The position numbers were made by a program, and so were the translations under genes. From assembly GCA_900617105.1 (NCBI GenBank), contig UYFQ01000767.1, forward strand, positions 1 to 64,000: DNA of 64,000 nucleotides, given 5' to 3'. Shown here piece by piece: positions 12,236 to 25,933 of the stretch. Under the pieces are notes generated by a model that did not search any database, had not been told where the DNA came from, and worked only from the letters and a program-made list of their open reading frames with translations. The DNA comes from Hydrurus foetidus (Eukaryota). The stretch's first letter is position 1; each line of letters opens with the position of its first letter.

Positions 12236-15200
12236 ATGCCGTTTAATTACCTCCTGGTTTCTATTGCAATTGCGACGTCTTTCGCGGTGGAAACCTGTCA
12301 CCAATTTACATCGAATGAACGTTCAGACGTAACAAGCACTTGCGGGGCTGCAGTTGATTATTCTTTCTTTCTTCCTAAGAGTTCAACACTCTCGTCACTT
12401 GAAAAGGCAGCACGGAGTTCCCTAGGCAGCAACGAGTTCCTATTGGTATCTTCTAAATGCCTCATCGATTATAAGAAGCTTATTTGTGGTAGCATTTATT
12501 TAAAATGCCACCCTGGTGTGAACTTGTCCGATAACTCGACATTTGATAACAAGCTATACCCGTCATCAACTGGTCTGTCTGTTCCTTTTATGAAACCATG
12601 CATGCAGGTTTGTCATAACTTCTTCTTCAAATTTCAATTTATGTGCAAAACTTAACGGAGGAACAACTCTTTGAAGAACAATCTTTCATTTGTGCAGGTG
12701 TGCCGGAATGTTGCGGAATCATGCTTCGGAATAATAAATCCAAATTGTTCTTCAGAATTTGACTATTCATTCGGAAGAATTCAAATGCCTAATCAACCAA
12801 CGCAATTTGATTCTACCAATGACATTTCCCAGTGTAATAATGTTCCCGCATCATTTCAAGTCGCGGAACATTCTGAGCCATATATTCATAAAAAAAAGGG
12901 TGCTTGTGCTGGGATAATTGACGAAGCTTTCATCCCTCCAGGGACATTAATATCACCAAATTATTCTTACCTCACAGCACCCTATGCGATACAAAATATT
13001 TTAGAGTCAAATTTAAAGGAAATATTCTTAAAATTACCGGATAAAGTCAGCACAAAATGTTTCTCTGCCATGAAAAAATATTTTTGCGAATTTCACTTGT
13101 AAGTATGACTACATTAATCAGAATGCTGTGTGTGTGTTTCTATCTGCCAGTATGTTTGTCTGCCTGTCTCTTTGTTTGCTTACTTGTTTGTTTATATCTT
13201 TGTTTATTGGTTTGTTTAAATGTTTGTTTAAACTTGCTAAACGTTTGTTTATTTGCCTGTCTGTCTGTCTGCCTGCCTGTCTATCTGTCTGTTTGTTTGC
13301 CTTTTTGTTTGCTTGTTTGTCTACTTGTTTACCTTTTCTGTCTGTGTGACTTTGTGTGTCGATGTATTTGTTTTTTTCGCATGCAAGTGTGTTGTGTGTT
13401 TCTGTCTGTCTGCAGGACTCTGTTTTATTTACTTTGTCCCTATTTCTTCTTTTTCTTTGCTGACTGACTCACGGACTTTATGGCTGGCAGAAATATTTTT
13501 TGTTCTTTTATCGAGGATGTCGACTCAATTTTTTGTTTTCGTACTTTAGGTTGCGTCCGATTTTAAGGTCGATTTCTCGTACTTTGTCAAATAACGGAAT
13601 AAGCAATAATTTTTACGTGCTTAATTCAACATGGATGGAGGGCACGTACACAATTCCTCGCTACCCCGTACTTACGAACTTTGAAGAATGTTCTGGAGAA
13701 TTAGAATTTAATACTATTTTTTTCAATGAAATCGGATACAATCTACACACTGCGAGACTTCAGTCTACGGTAATTTCGAGTATAGCAGTTTTACCATTTA
13801 TTCGTAGGGATAAAAATCAGACGGTTTTGCGTGAAATTGTACTAATGGACAAATGGAGTGGCACTCAGTCAAATTTCAGTGATTCTCATTTTGAGTTCGT
13901 TTGTCCGGAAGGTAACACTAAAAAGTGATAATGTAGTACTAAATATGGATCTTACCTGAGGCTAGACTATGCTATACTATAGTGCACTATGATTAACAGT
14001 GGATGAACTAATCTTATTTTATTATATTATTATTTTTTTACGTGATTTTTAAATCTTGCTTCATTACATTTATTTTTTTATTATTTATTCATCTATTTAT
14101 TTAATTATATACTTTTCAATTCTTTTACTTTTTATTTATATTTTTTATTAACATCTTTTTTTAGGTTTCGTTGTTCCCAATAATCCAAACAATCCAAGAA
14201 CGCTTATGATACCTGGCACTCCCTGTGCGTACGCTTGCAGGTAGTTACACGTCATGAATATATGATGATATGCATTGGTGATGTTGCTAACTTTTCCATA
14301 AAACTTTATTGAATTTTGCTAATATTTCTAAAACCGATTTCTTTATTGTGTGGAACATGTATATGTATATGTGTTTTATTGTGTTTATATCGTTATATAT
14401 GTATCGTTATTATGCAAACAACAATGATCAAAGATTTGCATGATTGACATTCTCGCTGCTTTTAATATATTTTGTTGTCATTTTCTATATGCACATTTTT
14501 TTTTTATATTTGTAATTTTATTATCCGCTTCTAATAACTAACTTTTCGATCTATTGTATTCCGTATTTTGTATTCCGTATTCTGTACTTTGTATCCCGTA
14601 CAAAGGTTTCCGATTTGGACGATACCAGAATACGAATTATTCGACAAATTGGTGTTAGTATTATCTCTGCTCAGTCTACCGATGCTCACCTATTTTGTCG
14701 GTTCAAGATTATTAGAAGTACTGAAAACGGGAGCGTACTTACGCATCATGTACGCATCGACTGCATTGATTTTTAATGTACATGTTTTAGTGCATGCAAG
14801 AGACCCCACAAAATATTTTTGTAAGGACAATGCGATAGCGTATAATTATACGAAAGACGGTAAGTGATTTATGTTTAAGCGTTTTTTTGTTTCGTGGTGT
14901 TTCTTGTTTTTTTGTGGTATCTTATATTGCATTATATGATATTATACTTTACCTCATTGAAATGAAATGAAATATGTTATATTATATTATGATACGTTTT
15001 CTTCTGTAATTTTCTGTCGTGTAGTGTAGTGTAGTGTAGTGTTGCGTCTTGTCATCTTAAAATGAATTGTATTTTTTTGAATTGTGTTTGTATGATTTTT
15101 TCATTTTGTACAATTTCGCTCCGTATCGAAATGTTTTGAACTTCAAGTTCAACTTGACTTTATTTACGTCTACCTCCATTTACTAACTTTCCCAATTACT

Positions 15201-18033
15201 GCAACACTATAAATTACTTTTCGCAATGTGCAGTACGATTTATTGGCATAACTGTACTCGTAAAATATTGTTAGTGCTCAACAAAATTACAAAAATACAA
15301 CCGCATTATGTCGGATACTGCCTATTTTTACCGTATATTACCGTCTGTGTTTTTACATTTAACCGTATCTCACCTCATCTCACCGTATCTGGACCTTTAT
15401 ACCGTATCATAGGTATAACCTCCTGCACAATGCAGGCTATTTTGCATTTTTATGGAGGGCTGATAAACGGGGTTGCGTGGATGATGTTGTCCATCGATTT
15501 ATATTTGAAAATTGTCAAAGGTGAGAAAAAAAGAAAAAGAAATTTTCTCTTAGTATGTTAGTGATGTCAGAGGGAGGGAGGGAGATAGGGGAAAATAGAG
15601 GGAAGGAGGGAGGGAGGAGCTATTTGGTCTGTCTCGGCTAATTTTTTTCATGACGAAAATGTCGTTTTGAAAATTTATTTTGATCATTTGAAAAACATTT
15701 TCATGTTTTTGTTTTAATGTGATATCATATCGCATTACAACATAACACGCTGTATTATACATTATCACTTAATACACAATAACATCACATATCATACCAT
15801 GCCACAAGATTAGATGAAGTACAGCTTAAACACGACACAATTCAAAACAATACAATGCAATATATCGTAACATAGAATAACATATCATGACAACAAAATA
15901 AATTGAAATCGTAGGCAAGCGGAGCACAGCTCACCACCTCCCGTACCATATAGTAATCATCTACGTGGTACCCGGTATATTTACAGCCGTAGTGGTTGGT
16001 AGTGGTGCGGCTGAATTCGGCTATTCCAAAACGTCATCAGCCACGTGCTCAATAGAAGCCGTGAATGATAGAGATCTGTACTTATTTTTCATACCGATGC
16101 TTTGCTTCAATGCTGTAGGGCTAGTAGCAGGTATGGAGCACACTCTATCTGATGCTCCTGCTCTACTCTCCCTCTAACCCTCCCTCCCCCTCTTCATCCC
16201 TCTCTCTCTCCTTCTCTCTATCCCTCGCCCTCCTCCTCTCTCCAATCATTGTCACCGCATTGTCACCGCATTTCTGCTGTATTTATCATTTCTTTACCCT
16301 CACTTCTTCCCTCTCTCTCTCCCTCCTCCTCTATCCCTCCCTCCTTCTTTCTTTCCCTATTTCTTCTCCAACAACATCTCCGATACCTACTCACACCGTT
16401 CAGGCGTGCAAGTGATAATAGCGATTGTGAGATCCATTGGTAAGACTTCAACAGACAGAGGACAATCTTGGCGGAGGTTTTTGGTACTGCGCACTCCGCT
16501 CATATTCATTCTATCATTCATTATTCTGTGGTAAGCATCAAAATTAACAGTCTTTATTACTGTTTTCTTGTTCTTGTTTTGTCTTATTTTTGATTTGCGT
16601 ATAATTAGAATATTTGTTTATTATCTTCGATTTCCGTGCGTACTAGTCTCCGTTTCTAATCGCCTTTTTATCTTTCCCCTTCTCTTCCCTTTATCATTTC
16701 TGCACCCCTCTTTCTTTTCTTTTTTTTCTCTTCTTCATATTTCCTCCAACTCATTAAATGCTAATTTTCTTTCTTTCTTATTCTCCCCCATCTCTACCTT
16801 TTTTTCCACCTCTTTTCTACCTTTTTCTCTACCTTTTTTCCACCTCTTTTCTACCTCACTCTCTACCTTTTTAAAATCACAGGGCAGCCGCTTTTTCATT
16901 TCGTGGACAAGTCACTGCAGATTTGCCGATGATAAATGATAGCATAATAAATTGGACACAATGTGTATTTCAAACTCTTGCTGTTGGAGAGGATTGGAAA
17001 ATAAAGTGTGGCGATGCGCCATCAGTACGTCCGTCTTATTCTTTTAACGTTTTCGTGTTGGTTTTCGTTGCGGGGCAAGGGATTGTAATCACGTTGATAT
17101 TTGAGTTGGGAAACATTATGATTTTATCCGGTAGAATCGCGACTTGTAGGTAAGAATATTACTTATTCAATATTAATTATTTTATATTTATTACTTTATA
17201 TTAGTTATTTTACATTATTTATTTGGCATTAACTATTTGATATTTGTCATTTTATATCAATCATTTTATATCAATCATTTTGTATTAATCATTTTATTGT
17301 TTGTTTGTTTAATTGTATGCGTGTGTGTGCGTGTGTGACACATCATTACACTATGATGTGATATAAGAATTTAATTTACTGTAATAACATGATATTATTA
17401 AGAGTATACCAAGATAATTATTCGTAAATATTACACACTTCACATTACATTTGCTACATTACGATTAATACATTATAATTAATACACTATAAATAATACA
17501 TTATAATTAATACATTATACTCAATACATTTTAATTTATACATTACTTGTAACACATTACATTATACCTAATATATTATAAATAATACTTAATACATCAT
17601 ACACATTGTGTTTAATACAATAAACATAACACTTATTTTTTACCATTTCAGGCTCTACAAATCTCCACCGATAAAACAATCGAAAATACATATAGGACAT
17701 TCCATGTCAAATACGCCTATGAGCAGTCCACCTATACTCTCCCCAGCCGCTCAGATGATAACTCCTCACTCTCCAAGTACCTCTTCAAAACGAGGAAGCG
17801 GAAAATCTGTATTTTCATCTATACGGAAACTGTTCGGAATACAGATTAGTCAAGTTGAAGTTACTGAACCATCTATGATTGGTAGGGGGGAGAGAAGAGA
17901 AGAGAGAGAGAAGAGAGACGATGAGGTGCAGAGGTGTGACATGAGAACAGTAAGACATGTTCATCCGATCAAAGTAGAGAAATGTGACGAGAAAAAAAAT
18001 GGGGATGATAACGAAAGGGGAGAAAGTAGATGA
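12236..18033 (+). CDS. Frizzled/Smoothened-like 7TM receptor with N-terminal cysteine-rich Fz domain(s), ~10 exons
   Basis: Signal peptide and Fz-CRD (TCGAAVDY...CLIDYKKLICGSIYLKC...KPCMQVCRNVAESC). Approximate exons: 12236-12607, 12698-13098, 13550-13911, 14165-14240, 14607-14859, 15413-15520, 15915-16130, 16404-16530, 16883-17149, 17652-18033, with GT-AG introns. Includes the CPEGFVVP...CAYACRFP linker, hydrophobic helices, C-x-x-QA and WMMLSIDLY motifs. Confidence 0.8.
13125..13415. repeat. Intronic (CTGT/TTGT)n low-complexity microsatellite
   Basis: Visible tetranucleotide-like repeats inside GPCR intron 2. Confidence 0.85.
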
Positions 18034-19401
18034 GATGCGGGGAAATTAGGGGGCAAAGTGAAGAAGAGAAGTGAGGAGAGGGGAGGAGAGCGGAGGGGAG
18101 AGACAGTGTACGTACATCGGCTGATTATACATTGGCGAGTCATGATCGGAGATGGAGACAAGGAGAGCAGCAGGGGTGTGGGATTAGTTAGGATAGGCAT
18201 GGTTGTCGGCAGCAAGGATATCGCCATCCAATCAGAGAGAGAAAAAGAAGAAAAAAAGGGGTAAAGAAAGAAGAGCAAGGTAGATGCAAATTGGAATGTT
18301 TTTGTATTTGTGAAATATATACGATCAATATCATTATTAGTATCGGATTACTATAATTGACGATTTATGGTAGAAGAGAAGAGAAGAGAAGAGTCACGCT
18401 GCGCGGTGTTGCGTGATGGTGAATTATAGTACAGTAGAGTAATGCACAGCTCTCCGTAAGTACACTATTACTGTGGTTATGGAGGATAGTACAGTGCAGA
18501 GCAGTAAAGTGATGTACAGTGCAGTGCTGAATCACATGGTGTATCGCAATATCGTGCACCATGCTGTAAGCTGAAATCGGTAAGGGCTGGCAATAGCGGG
18601 GAGAGGTACCTTACGGTACAGTAACATACGGTATAACGGCATACGGTATAAATTTTGTTATGAAATCTACACAATATGTTTGTGGGAGGAAACGAAAATT
18701 TATAATTTTCGTTTTTCTAAACGGCACTACACTACTACACAAATTGACAAAATGAGAAAAATAAAAAAAAAATAATGTCAAAAGATAAAAGCGACTACCT
18801 ATTTTTAAGATACAAATACCAAATCAAAGTTGATTTATTTAGGCAGCATCTAATAGTATGAAGAGCAAGCTAAATGAATCAATAATTAAAATGCACTTAA
18901 AAACCTTATTCACCATTACAAATTACTTATTTACGAAAAATTATTCGTTTTAATATGCTGCCAATAATTTCTTTTCGTCATTAATAATCGAATCGGTATA
19001 TATTCTTTTATTCCTTTTCTTTCCTTTTAGACTATCTATTATCTATAGCCATGAAAAACTAAACGCATTACTCCCATGATATTATTTATATCAGAACATT
19101 TTCTACTAGTGTAACGTCCACAAGAAATGTAATTTAAACTAAATCTAGTTGAGATATATTGAACGGAATAAAAATTCTGTTGCAGAAAAGAATCCTTACT
19201 ATTTGATATGAAAAAAAGTTCACTTCCAAGTAATGTACTTTTAAATTCCGAAAAATTGAGGAACGAGAGTACAGTTTGTGAACAGTACGTACGGTAAGAT
19301 AATCAAGCTGACACCTCAAGTCAATACCGTAATGTTGCAGTCAAGTATGTTGGGAATCAAATCAAAGATATGACATTTAACCGCGCGAATATACGGTACT
19401 A

Positions 19402-19614
19402 CGACCGCAGAATAAAAGTAGCACTTCGAAACAGTAATCCTGCACAGGGGAGGGTGCACAACAATAGCACTTTCAGGACTATTCTATACGAAAAGTCCAC
19501 AGAAAAATGAAGATTGGTTTAATTTTTCATTTTTTGTGTACTTTTCCGGTGTGCACCCCCCCCCTCATCAGACGTTTTTTTCTGTGCGAAAGTGCTACTT
19601 TTATTCTGCGGGCG
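19402..19614. mobile_element. MITE with ~25-bp TIRs and TA TSD (Tc1/mariner-type)
   Basis: ta-cgaccgcagaataaaagtagcactt ... aagtgctacttttattctgcgggcg-ta. Confidence 0.75.
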
Positions 19615-20942
19615 TAATATTAATATCTCGGCGTTATGAACTAAATCGAAATGAAAAGTTGTGCAGTGAGCGATGAACTTTGCTTCACTGTAACTTCATT
19701 ATGCAACACAGAGTAAAATTCTTCCTACGGTAGTAATTGCGTTTCACTTCTTATCTGGTGTTTGATGGTTCCGTGAACCTGTCCATGGAAATCTGAATTC
19801 GAATTCGAATTCGAATATGCATGAGGAATTGTTCTGGCGATGGTTGGACTGAATGGACAAATCTTCTGTCCACCATCATCGTGAAGTAACGTACTTGAGA
19901 ATGTCTAGATACGAAGTGGCCAGCATCGACAGGGACTGTGAGGTACAATTTCCTACGGGAACTAGAACGAAAAGAAGGGAAGTATGTACCGCACTCACAC
20001 GTACTATACTCTACTGCACATCCGGTGCTGAACACTCCACTGTATGATGTGGTGGAGCGCAACGTACGTACGCGAGCAGGAATCGAGATACAATACAACG
20101 CATTTAAACAAGGCGATAAAATTTAATATTTACGTTAACAAATTGAGTGGATTATCCACATATCTTGTGTCGTATATCAGGTAATTCAGTTCAATGTAAA
20201 TCAATCAAATATTATTCAAAATAATTTGAAAGTATTATTGCGCTGCCTGCAAAAGAGTCGTACAAAGTAAAAGAAATAAAGAAAGAAATAAAGAAGTCGT
20301 GTAATCCATGTCATCTCATCTCATCTCGTGTCACACGGTTGGGTGTCAGCTGGCTGCGCTACAAATCGTATTCATGCTGTACTTTTGTGAATCTCTTCAC
20401 TACAGTGCCATTCGGCTGACACACTCAAAATAAAATAAAAATAAAATAAAATAGAAGCATTATGTATGTGCATTCTATGCTTCTGATAGATGGGACATCG
20501 ATGCGTATGCTCGAATTGCTTCCTGCTCCATGCACTCCCAGGGCTTGAGTTTATCGTATCGCCTGAGTAGGCTTCATCTAAGCGTGTCTTAGCTACTATA
20601 GAGTTGTCTCTGTCACCAGTACTGTTTTTCACCATACAAACTAAACTACCTTTGTTGTGTCGTGCTGACATATTCATATCACCCTGCGTGCGTGCTGGTA
20701 ACCGACTAGACCAAACAACGTGTATCCAGAAAAAAAAATCATGTTCCGTGCTAGTTGCGCTTGAGATGCGAAAGGGAGAGAAGGGTAGTGCTCCATTTAC
20801 CCATCGTGTCGCATAGTATTGATCGGTGCTGTGATGTACTCGAGTTTGATGTTTCGATGGTGATCAGAGACATTTGCTAATCACACTCTACACTTTGTAT
20901 GAGTGATTCAGCCACACATGTGTCTTGCGTTCTTCTCGAGAT

Positions 20943-23900
20943 TCAGGAAAACAAGTGTCTATCTCCTCTCGTCTTGCCCCCAGCCAAGTAGAAACATGCA
21001 CAGCACCCTAAACACGATATCACAAACGCCAGAGCAGCGATACCAGCCAATCCCTCTGAACTTATTGGAACCCCTGAAGACAAATAAATGATACAAAGCG
21101 AAGAATAAATGAGATGAACTGCAAGAAAATAAAAAAACGGAATGAGAAATGACGCTTCGACTGGTAGTTAAATTAGTAAGCATGATGAAGGGTTAAAGTT
21201 AATAGAGGAGAAATTAGTGGAACTTCATGCAAGAATTAAATTGGAGATCAGCAGTGGATGAGGAGAAAAAGTGAGAGGGTTTGGATTTAGATACACTAGT
21301 AGAATACTTTTGTTGGTACTAACGCAGCTGGAGAGTGAGCAATGCAAGGCAGGAGGGCTACTAGACGAGGTAGAGAAACAAATTGTGAATTACAGCGTCA
21401 TGCTCATACTCACTTTGTCTGGACTTGAACGAAGGAGTGTTGATGGTCGATGCATCAATGCTGGAGCTGTTACGAGGAGGAATGGGTTTGTTTGACGGAG
21501 AACTAATAAGCAGTGCCAATGGTGCCAAACTGGGACTTGAAGTAGCGGTTGATGGCGTTGCACTTGGTGTTGCAGTCGGTGGTGACGAAGGTCCTGGTGA
21601 CGGTACTGCTGTGGGTGTCCCAGTTGGTATTGCACTTGGTGTCTCGGTTGGTGTTGCAGTAGGTGTCTCGGCTGGTGTTTCAGTTGGTATCTCGGTTGGT
21701 AATGCAGTAGGTATCTCGGTTGGTGTTGCAGTAGGTATCTCGGTTGGTGTTTCAGTTGGTATCTCGGTTGGTGTTTCAGTAGGTGTCTCGGTTGGTGTTT
21801 CAGTAGGTGTCTCGGTTGGTGTTGCAGTAGGTGTCTCGGTTGGTGTTGAAGTAGGTGTTACTGTTGGTGTTGCAGTAGGTGTTACTGTTGGTGGTGCAGT
21901 AGGTGTTACTGTTGGTGTTGCAGTAGGTGTTACTGTTGGTGTTGCAGTAGGTGTTACTGTTGGTGTTGAAGTAGGTGTTACTGTTGGTGTTGCAGTGGGT
22001 GTTACTGTTGGTGTTGCAGTAGGTGTTACTGTTGGTGTTGCAGTAGGTGTTACTGTTGGTGTTGCAGTAGGTGTTACTGTTGGTGTTGAAGTAGGTGTAA
22101 CTGTTGGTGTTGCAGTAGGTGTTACTGTTGGTGTTGCAGTGGGTGTTACTGTTGGTGTTGCAGTAGGTGTTACTGTTGGTGTTGCAGTAGGTGTTACTGT
22201 TGGTATCTCGGTGGGTGTTACTGTTGGTGTTGCAGTAGGTGACTCGGTTGGTGTTGCAGTGGGTGTTACTGTTGGTGGTGCAGTAGGTGTTACTGTTGGT
22301 GTTGCAGTAGGTGTTACTGTTGGTGTTGAAGTAGGTGTTACTGTTGGTATCTCGGTGGGTGTTACTGTTGGTGTTGCAGTGGGTGTTACTGTTGGTGTTG
22401 CAGTGGGTGACTCGGTTGGTGTTGCAGTAGGTGTCTTGGTTGGTGTTGCAGTAGGTGTCTCGGTTGGTGTTGCAGTGGGTGTTACTGTTGGTGGTGCAGT
22501 AGGTGTTACTGTTGGTGTTGCAGTAGGTGTTACTGTTGGTGTTGCAGTGGGTGTTACTGTTGGTGGTGCAGTAGGTGTTACTGTTGGTGGTGCAGTAGGT
22601 GTAACTGTTGGTGTTGCAGTAGGTGTTACTGTTGGTGGTGCAGTAGGTGTTACTGTTGGTGTTTCAGTGGGTGTTACTGTTGGTGTTGCAGTAGGTGTTA
22701 CTGTTGGTGTTGCAGTAGGTGTTACTGTTGGTGTTGCAGTAGGTGTTACTGTTGGTGTTGAAGTAGGTGTAACTGTTGGTGTTGCAGTAGGTGTTACTGT
22801 TGGTGTTGCAGTAGGTGTTACTGTTGGTGTTGCAGTAGGTGTTACTGTTGGTGTTGCAGTAGGTGTTACTGTTGGTGTCTCAGTGGGTGTCTGGTTGGTG
22901 TTGCAGTAGGTGACTCGGTTGGTGTTGCAGTGGGTGTTACTGTTGGTGGTGCAGTAGGTGTTACTGTTGGTGTTGCAGTAGGTGTTACTGTTGGTGTTGA
23001 AGTAGGTGTTACTGTTGGTATCTCGGTGGGTGTTACTGTTGGTGTTGCAGTGGGTGTTACTGTTGGTGTTGCAGTGGGTGACTCGGTTGGTGTTGCAGTG
23101 GGTGACTCGGTTGGTGTCTTGGTTGGTGTTGCAGTAGGTGTCTCGGTTGGTGTTGCAGTGGGTGTTACTGTTGGTGGTGCAGTAGGTGTTACTGTTGGTG
23201 TTGCAGTAGGTGTCTCGGTTGGTGTTGCAGTGGGTGTTACTGTTGGTGGTGCAGTAGGTGTTACTGTTGGTGGTGCAGTAGGTGTAACTGTTGGTGTTGC
23301 AGTAGGTGTTACTGTTGGTGGTGCAGTAGGTGTTACTGTTGGTGTTTCAGTTGGTGTTACTGTTGGTGTTGCAGTAGGTGTTACTGTTGGTGTTTCGGTT
23401 GGTGTTGCAGTAGGTGTCTGGGTTGGTGTTTCAGTTGGTGTCTCGGTTGGTGTTGCAGTTGGTGTTGCAGTGGGTGTCTTGGTTGGTGTTTCAGTGGGTG
23501 TCATGGTTGGTGTTGCAGTTGGTGTTTCAGTAGGTGTAACTGTTGGTGTTTCAGTGGGTGACTCGGTTGGTGTTGCAGTTGGTGTTTCAGTGGGTGTCTT
23601 GGTTGGTGTTTCAGTGGGTGACTCGGTTGGTGTTGCAGTAGGTGTCTTGGTTGGTGTTGCAGTAGGTGTCTGGGTTGGTGTTTCAGTTGGTGACTCGGTT
23701 GGTGTTGCAGTGGGTATCATGGTTGGTGTTTCAGTGGGTGTCTTGGTTGGTGTTGCAGTGGGTGTTTCGGTTGGTGTTTCAGTGGGTGACTCGGTTGGTG
23801 TTTCAGTGGGTGACTCGGTTGGTGTGTTGGTTGGTGTTGCAGTGGGTGTCTGGGTTGGTGTTTCAGTTGGTGTTTCGGTTGGTGTTGCAGTAGGTGTCTG

Positions 23901-25678
23901 GGTTGGTGTTTCAGTTGGTGTTTCGGTTGGTGTTGCAGTTGGTGTTTCAGTGGGTGTTGCTGTTGGTGTTTCAGTGGGTGTCATCTTGGTGTTGCAGTTG
24001 GTGTTTCAGTGGGTGTCTTGAACACGTTTCAGTGGGTGACTCGAATGGTGTTGCAGTTGGTTGAGTAGGTGTTCCTGTTGGTGTTTCAGTGGGTGTCCCA
24101 TTGGTCAAGAAGTGGGTGTTCAACAGGTGTTTCCCCAGTTTGGACTGGACAAGTAGGTGTTCCACTGAGTATATTATTATCAAGGAATAATGACGCAAGC
24201 TCGAATAATCTTCCGAGTGTGTTCGGAATTGTACCGCCCAGCCGATTAGAACCAAGGTTCAAAACTGATAGTTCGTAGGCATCAATGAGTTGCGTATTGC
24301 CGGTGTCGTCGTCGTTAATTTCTCCGACGTACATGAGACCGCCGATAGTGCTCGGAATGGAACCACTTAGCTGATTATGATCGAGATGGAGCTCATCTAG
24401 GTTGGTGAGCATACCGAGACTGCTCGGAATCGTACCAGCCAGCCGATTGGAACTGAGATTTAAGACTTGCAGGTTTCTTAAACTGGAGATACTGGTGTCG
24501 ATCTTACCTGTAAGGTGGTTGTTATCAAGGAGTAAATATTGAAGCGTGTATATTCTACGGAGATTGCTCGGAATTGTACCAGTTAGCCGATTGGTGCCAA
24601 GATTCAGGACTGTCAGTCGATGAATATCGTACACTCCTCTTATGTACTGCGATTCTCCCAGAAAGCTCGGAATGGAACCAATTAGCTGATTATGATCGAG
24701 GTGGGTTATCTAGGTTGATAAGTCCACTGAGAGTGCTCGGAATAGTTCCAGCCAGTCGATTGGTACCAAGGTTTAACACTACGAGTCCGGTAAGACTAGC
24801 AAGAGGATTGGGAATTGTCCCAACCAAGAGATTCACACCGAGAAGTAATTGCTCCATTTTGATGAGGTTGCTGATGTTACTCGGAATTTCACTGAGCCGA
24901 TTCTCCGCAAGATTCAAAACAATGAGCGTGCTGAGGCTGCCAACAGTTCCAGGGATGGTCCCACTGAGCTTGTTGTTGAAGAGGTCTAATCGATCCAGAT
25001 GGATAAGACCGCCAAGAGTGCTCGGGATTGTACCAGTTAGCTGATTCTGATCGAGGTGGAGCTCTTTTAGGTCGGTAAGACCGCCTAAACTGCTCGGAAT
25101 CGTACCGGCCATTTGATTGGAACCAAGATTTAAGACTATGAGTCCGGTGCGACTGTCGAGTGTGCTTGGAATAGTCCCAGTAAGTTGGTTGTTAGAGAGA
25201 TCTAATCGGCTAAGAGAGTAAAGGCAAGCATTGAATGAGTCGGCGCAGTTAAAGAGCCCCGGTGGAATAGTGCCATATATACTGTTGTTGCCGAGATTGA
25301 ACAAAGTCATCATGTTCGAATATTTGATCTCTGGTATTGTTCCTTTGAGATTTAGTGATGTCAAGTTGATTCCTATCGTGCGCCGGTATCTATCAATGTT
25401 TGTAGAGTTTGAACCGCATGTCACGCCCTTGAATGAACACCATGGGGGTGGTTGTGATCCGTTAGTGTATGTAGGTGGCATAGTTCCCCAAGAGGTCTCG
25501 CCATTGGACAGTTCGCTTGCTGCAAAAATAATCACCGCAGTTAGACACATTCGTGATTTTGGGATCAGTGCTATGAAAGCGCACCTGACAGGTTCTGCAA
25601 TCTTGGGAAACTTCTAGCCAGTGCAACTAAGTCAAGTGCGTCATAGGAAGCAAAATAGGGTGAAAGTGATATCCCCAT
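20943..25678 (-). CDS. LRR receptor-like surface protein: LRRs + very long Pro/Thr mucin-like stalk + single TM helix (several frameshifts; pseudogene or assembly errors)
   Basis: Short exon 1 (MGISL...RLQNLS), then a GT-AG intron, WCSFKGVTC cap and plant-type LxLxxNxLxGTIP repeats at 24086-25520. The (TPTx)n stalk follows at ~21580-24110. A phase-compatible intron 21413-21074 joins a TM exon ([24 protein letters not shown]) ending in TGA at 20943. Confidence 0.75.
21580..24110 (-). repeat. 12-bp coding minisatellite encoding Thr-Pro-Thr-X (PT repeat)
   Basis: gttggtgttgca / gtaggtgttact units over ~2.5 kb. Confidence 0.95.
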
Positions 25679-25933
25679 TGCACCAGCTTGTACAGAAAAG
25701 AACGTGGAGGTTGATAATCTGATTTGGATGCCGATATTGGATGATGTCGCTGAATTCGCTGTGGTCGTGGTTGTCGTGAAGATTTCAGAGAACAGAGTGG
25801 TATTGGACAGTCGACTTATGAAACGACTGGACTGCTGTTCCGGGTTCTGTTCTGCGTACTATACTCCCTACTGTGAAAGAATCGTCGGGAGATAAAGAAT
25901 CGCATGCAGTTCAAGTTTGGTATACGTATTCTA

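Noticed and set aside
21425..24021. Long plus-strand ORFs (494 and 363 aa) of VGVAVGVT repeats
   Set aside because: Antisense shadow of the minus-strand PT-repeat stalk.
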